This document shows positions 1-8,070 of a stretch of DNA of 10,005 nt, in pieces. A program made the translations under genes and the position numbers. Position 1 is the first letter of the stretch; every line of letters starts with the position of its first letter. The stretch comes from Octopus sinensis (taxonomy: Eukaryota): contig NW_021827690.1 in NCBI RefSeq assembly GCF_006345805.1, forward strand, positions 1 through 10,005, in the 5' to 3' direction. The notes beneath the pieces were generated by a model that saw only the letters and a list, made by a program, of their open reading frames with translations, did not search any database and was not told where the DNA came from.

Positions 1-214
1 TTATTTACAAACACATATATGTAAATATATATATGTGTCTATATAAACATGTATAGGTATGCATATGTGTAGTTATTAGAATTTGATTGTTCATAGGAAG
101 ACATGTGACAAAGTGAAGAGCGCAATGTTGGCTAAAGGAGAATATTGATAAAGTTTCCTGAAAACCTTATAATACAAATGCACAATACTTTTCTCCCCAA
201 TGGGAGCTTGTCAA

Positions 215-453
215 AACTGATATGTGTATATACATACATACATACATACAGACATACATATAATCACATCCATATACATACATACATACGTATATGAAAC
301 TATATATACTGACAAGTATAGACATATATATAATATTTGCACGTAAGTATTTATATTCCCCCATTTATATATGAATACTTGCGTATGCATATATATGCAC
401 ATATACATTTACACACATACACTCGTATATACATACATACATACAGTATATAT

Positions 454-526
<73 letters not shown>

Positions 527-690
527 TTGTGTGCCTATGCGTATTATATATGTGTGTGTGTGTGCCTATGTGTATATGTGCGTGTGGGTATACTATATAT
601 ATATACATATATATATATATGCATATATATATACATATATATATATATACCTATATACATACATATACATACATATATATATGTAGTATG

Positions 691-721
<31 letters not shown>

Positions 722-766
722 CAATATTACTATATATGTATATATACATACATACATACATATATC

Positions 767-809
<43 letters not shown>

Positions 810-822
810 CGCATACATATAT
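215..822. repeat. Compound/degenerate microsatellite block (TACA/TA, pure (TA)n about 447-495, (TG)n about 496-517, then degenerate TA/TACA)
   Basis: Read directly from the sequence. It produces the spurious IYIY/VCVC ORFs. Confidence 0.95.
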
Positions 823-1070
823 ACGCAAAGGCTATAGTTTATTTTAAGTAAAGTTGTAAATAAAACAATTTAAGATCTCGCTGAAGGATTACGAAATACT
901 TTTTAGTTGAGTAGAGTAAACGTATTTTTTTTCTCACAAAGTATAAGTTGTCAGACAATTTGAATATAAAAGTTTGAACGCCGCCATCAGACTGGTGATA
1001 TTTTCCTTGCAAAAAATTCATTCATTCATTCATATATATGAAAAACGTCGTATAAGTATTTATCATTTTT

Positions 1071-1165
1071 TTCTCTTTTCCCCTTTTTCAGTCCTTTGAT
1101 TGCAGCCATACTAGGGCACCGTCACGAAGCGTTTTACTAGAACAAATCGACCCAAGTACATACTT
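1071..1165 (-). mobile_element. Degenerate 3' tail fragment related to SINE family A
   Basis: TTTCAGTCCTTTGATTGCAGCCATACTAGGGCACCG...GAACAAATCGACCC aligns by eye to the tail of the 8804-9210 element (TTTCAGTCATTTGACTGCGGCTATACTGGAGCACCG...GCAAATCGACCC), with a short insertion (CACGAAGCG). Confidence 0.7.
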
Positions 1166-1878
1166 GTTAGTATTAGTAAATGTATTAATATTTAACAGTT
1201 TGATATTATGTGAAGAGATAATTTGTAAGAGATTTTTTTGTGTTGGAAAAATCAATCCTAACCGTATGTGAATTGATAATAGAGTAATAGTTAGAATTCT
1301 TTGGAAAATTCCTAACAATAGCTTGACGAAATAGCTGTGGGAGATTAGATTTAATTTGTCTCCCGTACGGAACTATTAACCAAATATTTTTACTAGTATT
1401 TTTAGCGTAATTATACTAACATTAGCCCTCTAGAAATATTAATAACAAGGTTATTGCATCTGAAGTCAATTCCAACAGAATTAAGTTTATGTCAAGTAAC
1501 TCTAAGATTTAAAATTCTATATACCAGTGTATAATCAGTGTTCATAATAAAGTACGATTTTACATTGGAAGCACATCGTTAGAGTTATCTAAAAGAATTT
1601 CTATCCATTACTCAACATGGACAATGGACATGAGTTAGAATAAAAACAATAATAAACGAGTGAAGAACATATATAGAGTGCGCGTGTATATTTGACCCCC
1701 CAAAAAAACAACATGGCTATCCCTAAATACAACAATGTAAACACACACACTTACATATATGTATAATAATATAAATTATATATATGCACATGTATATATA
1801 CACATTCACACATACACACATATATTATTTACATTATTATTTGATTGAACGCCACGCATCCATTTCCAAGTAAGTTTA

Positions 1879-1922
1879 TCTCTCTCTCCCGATCCCTCTC
1901 TCTGTGTGTCTCTCTTTTTCTT

Positions 1923-1987
<65 letters not shown>
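1879..1987. repeat. (TC)n(TA)n compound microsatellite
   Basis: Interrupted TC repeats at 1879-1955, then pure TA at 1956-1987. Confidence 0.95.
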
Positions 1988-1988
<1 letters not shown>

Positions 1989-1993
<5 letters not shown>

Positions 1994-2093
1994 AGACCCC
2001 GTCTATCAATTCCACTCGAGCTTATAGCTGAAGACACTTGCCCAATGTTCACCTCAGTGGGACTGAACCCTGAAGCAAGCTTCTTTCTACACC
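1989..2093 (-). mobile_element. Degraded 5' half (tRNA-like head plus body) of SINE family A
   Basis: CTTTCAG..CCGTCTA.CAA.TCCACTC, TATAGC.GAAGACACTTGCCCAA, GGGACTGAAC and GCAAGCT match 9061-9187 in the same order, with internal deletions. Confidence 0.85.
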
Positions 2094-2096
2094 GTG

Positions 2097-2117
2097 TCTA
2101 CATCTATCTATCTATCC

Positions 2118-2202
<85 letters not shown>

Positions 2203-2213
2203 CTATCTATCTA
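2097..2213. repeat. (TATC)n/(GATA)n tetranucleotide array, roughly 29 units, few interruptions
   Basis: Read directly from the sequence. Degenerate (TA)n follows to about 2400. Confidence 0.95.
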
Positions 2214-2227
2214 CATATATATGCTTA

Positions 2228-2275
<48 letters not shown>

Positions 2276-2544
2276 ATATATATATATATATATATATCTT
2301 TGTCTACTTTTCTATCTCTCCTCCTATTTATACATGAATGTATCTACATACTCACACACAGCACACATACATACATACAATGTATATATATATATATTTA
2401 AGATATTTACCCGCACGTACACACTGGCGTATGTCAAGCGGTATTAAGTGTACTTCTGTGTAAAAGTAATTCGTGCAAAACACACAAGTGACACACATTC
2501 GTAAGTTCTAAATTCGTCAGTGAGAAAGAAAATGAGACCATGTT

Positions 2545-2680
2545 TACGTGGAGGCGGAGGAGAAAAAGGCTTAGAGAAATACATATAGAGATAGTGGGAG
2601 AAAGAGAGAGCGAAAGCGAAAGTGAGCGAGAGAGAGTATAAAGGAGGGCTACGTGGTGGCGTTGCGATGGAGAGGAAGTG
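2545..2680 (+). promoter_or_regulatory. Possible Pol II core-promoter-like cluster (speculative)
   Basis: TATAAA at 2637-2642, GC-box-like GAGGCGGAG at 2551-2559 and TACGTGG twice (2545-2551, 2650-2656), in a purine-rich unique island. No transcript evidence. Confidence 0.15.
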
Positions 2681-2809
2681 AGCATTTTCGTGATTTAAGC
2701 GTCGAACATTTTCACTTTTAATAATTGATAGAAAGCAGATTGGTTCACATTTGAAACTAATAGATAAGCGGCTTTTAGAATATTTCTTAAAAGAATCACG
2801 TACAGGAAA

Positions 2810-2889
2810 CAGTACGATGTATTTATATATATATTTTGAGCGAAACAAATATGTATGTATATGTACATATGTATGTATATGTATTTCCT

Positions 2890-2926
<37 letters not shown>

Positions 2927-3368
2927 ACACACACATATATATATATATACACACACAAACAGACACACATACACACATATACGTACATAGACATACAGGC
3001 ACTTTCATACTACCACCCATACAAACAAAAATTTATCTTCGTACTATATATCTCCACATATAAACACATACACATACGAGTACATACATACACATATATA
3101 TATATACATTCGTACAAACTTACATACATATATACATACAAATATATATATTTATGTACATGTATATATGTGTGTGTGCGTGCATATATATACACACACA
3201 CCTATATATATGCATATATATATGTATATATATATATGTATATCATATACATAAATATATATATATATGTACATGTATATAGTATCTGTGCATGTAGATA
3301 TATATATATGTAATATATATATATATATATATATACTATACATACACACACACACACACACACACACA

Positions 3369-3413
<45 letters not shown>

Positions 3414-3475
3414 ATATATATATATATATAGAGAAGAGAGAGAGAGAGAGAGGGAGAGAGGGAGAGAGAGAGAAA
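2810..3475. repeat. Large compound microsatellite/low-complexity block (CA, TA, TACA, ending in (GA)n at about 3430-3472)
   Basis: Read directly from the sequence. Confidence 0.95.
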
Positions 3476-4136
3476 TGCACATATGTGTTGCATACATAAA
3501 TGCCAGTATACATACATCCATATATATATACATAAGCAGAAACATGTATACATATAAACGTACATGCAAACGTATCTACATACGTCACGAGTGCTACAAA
3601 CATACGTGTAAGCATGCACACACAGTCTCTTATATAAAATAGACATTTCTCCCTCTTTCTACCTATCTATACATATATAATATAGAATATATAATATATA
3701 TACTCCCCCCCACTTTTTCTTTACGAAGCTTTCTCTCGATATTTTTCTATGCATTTGTTTCCGCTTATTTGAAAGAGAAAAGTCCACACGTCTATTATGA
3801 ATGTATTTAAATCTTCAGGGTTCCAGCCGTCTTATTGATGTGGTTGGTGTTGGTACTGGTGTGTGTGTCTGTTGATGTTACTTTACAAAGTTTTTAACAG
3901 ATTTTTAAATACTAAGAACGTGTGTGATGTGCCAGTACTGCGTCTTACATCGTTTACAGTGACAATAAGTATAAATACTGATTTGATATACTTTTAGGAA
4001 AAAAAAAAACAAAACTGTATGATAGAAATTTGTTGACAGAAGGTGGTGTAAAGCATGCCTGAAAATTAAAAGCCTCACGCACACACGCACGTGGATTCAC
4101 ACATGTGTATGAGTATTTATGTATACATTCATATAA

Positions 4137-4351
4137 GGTGGCGAGCTGGCAGAAACGTTAGCACGCCGGGCGAAATGCGTAGCCGTATTTCGTCTGTCAA
4201 TACGTTCCCAGTTCAAATTCCGCCGAGGTCGACTTTGCCTATCATCCTTTCGGGGTCAATAAATTAAGTACTAATGATGCAATCGACTTGTCCTCCTCCC
4301 AAAATTCAGGCCTTGTACCTATAGTAGAAAGGATTAATATTGTTATTATTA
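4137..4351 (+). mobile_element. tRNA-derived SINE family B, copy 1 (tail type ending ...CCTATAGTAGAAAGG + (ATT)n-like)
   Basis: Head GGTGGCGAGCTGGCAGAAACGTTAGC (A-box region), B-box GTTCAAATTCC at 4211-4221 and body CATCCTTTCGGGGTCAATAAATTAAGTAC, all shared with copies 2 and 3. Internal deletion near 4272-4277 and a different tail. Confidence 0.9.
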
Positions 4352-4354
4352 TAG

Positions 4355-4585
4355 GGCGGCAAACTGGCAGCATCGTTAGCACGCTGGACGAAATGCTTAG
4401 CGGTGTTTCGCCCGTCACTACGTTCTGAGTTCAAATTCCGCTGAGGTTGACATTGCGTTTCATCCTTTCGGAGTTGGTAAATTAAGTACCGGATACGCAC
4501 TGGGGTCGATATAATCGACTTAATCCCTTTGTCTGTCCTTGTTTGTCCCCTCTGTGTTTAGCCCCTTGTAGGTAGTAAAGAAATA
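4355..4585 (+). mobile_element. tRNA-derived SINE family B, copy 2 (full length, tail ending GTAAAGAAATA)
   Basis: Collinear with the reverse complement of 6112-6342 (about 30 differences over about 231 nt by manual alignment). B-box GAGTTCAAATTCC present. Confidence 0.92.
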
Positions 4586-4634
4586 TATATGTATACACTC
4601 ATATTCATAAACACTCGGATATATATGTATATAT

Positions 4635-4669
4635 ACTCTTTTTACGCTCTTTTACTCTTTTACTTGTTT
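4635..4669 (-). mobile_element. Extreme 3' tail-only fragment of SINE family A (or of its partner LINE)
   Basis: TACTCTTTTTACGCTCTTTTACTCTTTTACTTGTTT matches the terminus CTCTTTACTCTTTTACTTGTTT at about 8805-8826. Confidence 0.6.
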
Positions 4670-4759
4670 AATTCAGATTCAGATGAATATGGTACTTAAG
4701 TTGAGGTACCTGAATTTAGTATGGTATTATCCATACAATTTCAAAATAAGGTGATTAAA

Positions 4760-4866
4760 ATCAAAATAAGCAACAAGGATATCCAGAGGTAATGCAATAC
4801 GATCGTTCAAGTCGCATGAAACGATCGTACTGCATTACCTCTAGATATCCTGTTGCTTATTTTGAT
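4760..4866. repeat. Inverted repeat/fold-back element: arms 4760-4807 (48 bp) and 4820-4866 (47 bp), 12-nt spacer; probable Penelope-like terminal fragment or MITE
   Basis: The arms are reverse complements except for 2 substitutions and one 1-nt indel. Contains GAAACGATCGTA at 4818-4829. Confidence 0.9.
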
Positions 4867-4879
4867 ACACACACACACA

Positions 4880-4922
<43 letters not shown>
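4867..4922. repeat. (CA)n(TA)n microsatellite
   Basis: Read directly. It abuts the right arm of the 4760-4866 hairpin. Confidence 0.95.
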
Positions 4923-4925
<3 letters not shown>

Positions 4926-5071
4926 GTGAAATAGAAAGAAGAATAATCTTGCAGTAGATTAATCAAAAGTTTAACCGATACCTTAGTAGCAAAAATCACA
5001 GCAGTGAACAGCACGGTGGAGGTACACCATCTGGCGTTGCAACGTGCGTTGGTGCGGGATAATGAAATTAA

Positions 5072-5309
5072 AACATTATTGGTGAATTGAAGAAATGGAG
5101 CTGAACGCAGATTGAACAGAAATCGTTATTTATTCTACACGTGTTTCGAAAGGCACAAATTACCAAAATCCGATTGAATAATGGGACCATATGGTCCCAT
5201 TATTCAATCGGATTTTGGTAATTTGTGCCTTTCGAAACACGTGTAGAATGAAATAAAACGATTTCTGTTCATCTGCGTTCAGCTCCATTTTCAATTCACC
5301 AATAATGTT
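5072..5309. repeat. 238-bp loop-less palindrome (two 119-bp arms, centre 5190/5191); probable Penelope-like inverted terminal fragment or fold-back element
   Basis: The centre is GGGACCAT|ATGGTCCC. The inner 59 bp of each arm are perfectly complementary. The outer parts differ by four small indels only. Confidence 0.93.
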
Positions 5310-5357
5310 ATATATATATATATATATATATTATAATATATATATTATATAATATAT

Positions 5358-5395
<38 letters not shown>

Positions 5396-5402
5396 AGAGA
5401 GA
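5310..5402. repeat. (TA)n(GA)n compound microsatellite
   Basis: Read directly. It abuts the right arm of the long palindrome. Confidence 0.95.
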
Positions 5403-6093
5403 GAAAAAAAGAGTTGTAAACATTTAAATTTAACACGTTTGTATACAACAAAAGTTGGAAAGATGTTCGCTACGCTAACCGTCTCGGATGAGAAATTCCC
5501 TCATAGCATCGTGTTGGAGAACATGCCGGATTAGGCCGCGAATGATATAAGCGACCCATAGGACACGAATTCCTTTGTCGTTACGCTTCATAGCCTACAA
5601 ATATATCACCTGGACGTTAAGAATCACCATTCTTACATGCAAAAAGCAAATTTATTTTTCACTCAAACAGACAGCTACTAGATTTCTCTTGAAAAGTTAT
5701 CTTGCATATAAAAAATGAAATTGCTATTCAATGCGTTTACAGTTAACTTGTATCTAATTCGATATTAATAGCTGATTACATTATTTAATTGCCTAAGTAG
5801 CATAAATCCAATTCAAGCGAATTAAAAACACTTGATTAAAGTAAGTCTGAGATATATACTTATCAGTGTATAGTTGATATTCATTAAATCTTTGTGCAAA
5901 CTTCGGCGCTGAATAGCGCGAAGATATTGAAATAAATTTGGATTTACTTGCTTTAAGGAGAATTTAGAGAAAGAAGCGTCAATACTTAATGGCGTGTCGA
6001 GTACAATCTATTACGAGTGCGTTATCGAAATTTGCGTCAGTCTGGTCATAAAAAGGGATACCTCCCTTTCTTCCTTATCATTGTTATTCTATG

Positions 6094-6111
6094 TATAATA
6101 GGACAGAACCT
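6094..6111. repeat. Left target-site duplication TATAATAGGACAGAACCT
   Basis: Identical 18-mer at 6343-6360 flanks the SINE. Confidence 0.95.
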
Positions 6112-6342
6112 ATTTCTTTATTACCCACAAGGGGCTAAACACAGAGGGGACAAACAAGGACAGACATAGGTATTAAGTTGATTACATCGACCCCCATTGC
6201 GTAACTGGTACTTAATATATCGACCCCGAAAGGATGAAAGGCAAAGTCAACCTCGGCGGAATTTGAACTCAGAACGTAACGGCAGACGAAATACCGCTAA
6301 GCATTTCGCCCAGCGCGCTAACGTTTCTACCAGCTCGCCGCC
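6112..6342 (-). mobile_element. tRNA-derived SINE family B, copy 3, full length with perfect 18-bp TSD
   Basis: The minus strand starts GGCGGCGAGCTGGTAGAAACGTTAGC, has B-box GTTCAAATTCC (6268-6258) and ends AATAAAGAAAT. Exact direct repeats flank it. Confidence 0.95.
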
Positions 6343-6360
6343 TATAATAGGACAGAACCT
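6343..6360. repeat. Right target-site duplication TATAATAGGACAGAACCT
   Basis: Identical to 6094-6111. Confidence 0.95.
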
Positions 6361-6742
6361 GATGGTAAAGCAGCATGGCTTTTGCAATGGGGAGCATATT
6401 GGCCCAACTTGAAAAGGTTTGTAAACGACGCATCGTTTAGACTTTGTGCTTGTTGTGCATTACGTGCATGAGACAATTAAAACCGTTGACCAGTTTCCAA
6501 ATAAACTACAATTTGTTTAAGGCTGGCTTCCTTTTTTATTATAAAAAAGAACCCGAAACAGAAACAGGAAACCGTCATTGATTTTGATGCATTATTCCTG
6601 CCAGAATTAGATAAATATATAGCGGCACTTTTGTTACACCAGAAATTGTAGCATCAGGATTTATTGTGATGTATTTTCGGGCAAATTTGAAGGATTTTAA
6701 TTAATTCCAGACCTTCGAATTTCACAGTTCGCTTACTCAATT

Positions 6743-7653
6743 CAGACTTGCAAAGCCCCTCTTCCAAAATTCACTTGTCCGTGACGAAAACTACTCCACC
6801 AGTACTGTTCTGACCTCGTCCAATTTTTGCCGTCCGAATGATTTTGATTACACAAAAATGATAATGAGATTCCCATTCAAACTGCTGCAGCCATTGGAAT
6901 GTCATCTCGCTGTATGTGGTCGAGCGTTATCCTTATGGAAAAATACTTTTCGTCTTGAAACCAAAGGTTTTTCATTTTTCTTCTAGCGCTGACTTAAGCT
7001 GCTCCCTGTAGATTTCCTTTGTTATCGTTTGGTTTGTGTTTAAAAGTTCAAAGTGGACTGAACCGTTCATATCCCACCAAACAGATAACAGCAACTTACG
7101 TGGATAGAGACCTTCTTTAGCTTGGGGTGCCCATATTTCTGCTTTCCGTACTCACTGTCTTCGGGTTGATATTTATATAGAGAACCCATTTCTCGTCACA
7201 AGTCACTATTCGCTCCCCTCCCCCAAGGTTCAATCGTGAGGCGTGACAGCATAGAAAAACACACATTCACTCCCTGCGCGCGATTAGAAAGTTTGTGAGG
7301 GACCCATTGACCCAATTTACTGGCTTTTCCGATGGCTCTCGGGTGTCGTTGAATGGTTGAATGACGAAATATCCGAGCTTCTCTGCTAGTTCCTTAACAG
7401 TTAAGATGGGATTTTGTTCCACAAGGGTTTGCAGGACGTCTTCGTCGAGTTCTACAGATCATTCAGGACGAGGCTCGTTTTCTAGGCTGCATCTTCTGAC
7501 TCGAAATTTCTGGAACCACCGTTGACACTGGCTTACAATTATTGTCCGATCCCCATATAGTGCACTAATATTCCTCGCACTTTCCGTTGCCCTGTTGCCT
7601 TTATTGAACTCATAAAGGAAAATATACTGAATATGCTCCTTTGTTACTTCCAT
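6743..7653 (-). pseudogene. Mariner transposase pseudogene
   Basis: Manual translation across frameshifts: MEVTKEHIQYIFLYEFNKG...QCQRWFQKFR (HTH), WVPHKL (7306-7289), IVTCDEKWVLY (first Asp near 7197), VWWD, HKDNARPH (second Asp 6931-6929), FEWE-SHYH, EFWKRG. Stops at 7461-7459, about 6973 and about 6791, plus several frameshifts. Confidence 0.93.
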
Positions 7654-7839
7654 TATAGGTTTGAAAAAATAACTGTTAAAATCGAACTGCATTCTTCAAA
7701 ACTTGCACTAAGAATAAGTACGAGTTAAAATTACTACCTGATTTTATAGCAAGTTGATGCAGGTAGTTTATCTCAACTCTCTCCGACTTTTAGTTCATGC
7801 AATGGAAAAAAGTCGCATTATTTATGAGAAGAACCAATA
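6743..7839 (-). mobile_element. Decayed mariner (Tc1/mariner, DD34D-type) DNA transposon, 3'-truncated
   Basis: 5' TIR-like TATTGGTTCTTCTCATAAATAATGCG on the minus strand from 7839, in a TA context. Transposase remnant downstream. No matching 3' TIR seen. Confidence 0.88.
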
Positions 7840-7919
7840 TATTGTCACACAAAGTGCTTCTTATTCTTCTCGACTAAACACATTTATCATATTTACAACG
7901 AGCCTGCTGATTTTGCTGA

Positions 7920-8070
7920 CATGTATATATGCATGCATTTATGAACGCATTTATGTATGTGTGCATAAATATTTTGTATGTATGTATATATATATACACA
8001 CACATATATATTTATAAATGGATACATCCATACATGCGTATGTATATGTATGTATTGCTTTGTTATATAT
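7920..8070. repeat. Degenerate TA/TATG/CA low-complexity tract
   Basis: Read directly from the sequence. Confidence 0.8.

Noticed and set aside
167-814. Overlapping ORFs of 63-144 aa ([12 protein letters not shown]-rich)
   Set aside because: They are translations of TA/TG/CA microsatellites, which lack stop codons in several frames.
938-1005. Possible 68-nt minus-strand exon (TTTTTTGCAAG|...|GTGAGA) inside ORF 839-1021
   Set aside because: Weak AAG acceptor, no recognisable protein similarity in either open frame, and no partner exons identified.
1088-1318. ORF of 76 aa on the minus strand
   Set aside because: Its C-terminal third reads through a SINE tail remnant. The rest is AT-biased with no recognisable domain.
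1845-3646. Long ORFs up to 176 aa (e.g. 1904-2401, 2444-2974, 2855-3313, 3152-3646)
   Set aside because: Dominated by SLSL, IYLS, IYIY and HTHT repeats from microsatellites plus a SINE fragment.
4137-4221. SINE heads as tRNA genes (also 4355-4440, 6258-6342, 9151-9210)
   Set aside because: They have A/B boxes but no complete cloverleaf or acceptor stem, and they continue into SINE body and tail sequence.
4306-4500. ORFs 4306-4500 (-), 6197-6412 (+), 8639-8857 (-) and 8974-9192 (+)
   Set aside because: Largely antisense or internal readings of SINE sequence. The similarity between the 4306 and 6197 peptides just reflects two copies of the same SINE.
447-5402. Apparent polarity of compound microsatellites ((TA)n then (TG)n/(GA)n; (CA)n/(TC)n then (TA)n)
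   Set aside because: A counter-example exists near 3301-3368 (TA then CA), the sample is small, and junction bias in compound microsatellites is a general property.
5901-5923. GC-rich hairpin CTTC-G-GCGCT-GAAT-AGCGC-GAAG as a Helitron 3' end or terminator
   Set aside because: No CTRR terminus follows on either strand and there is no U-tract. A stem this short is expected by chance.
6012-6055. TACGAG-starting stretch as a second mariner-type TIR
   Set aside because: No inverted partner found in the window, and it does not match the TIR at 7839.
6361-6742. Unique sequence replacing the mariner 3' end, considered as an exon or nested element
   Set aside because: The frames I translated contain stops or give unrecognisable peptides. 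No termini or TSD were identified, so it is left unannotated.
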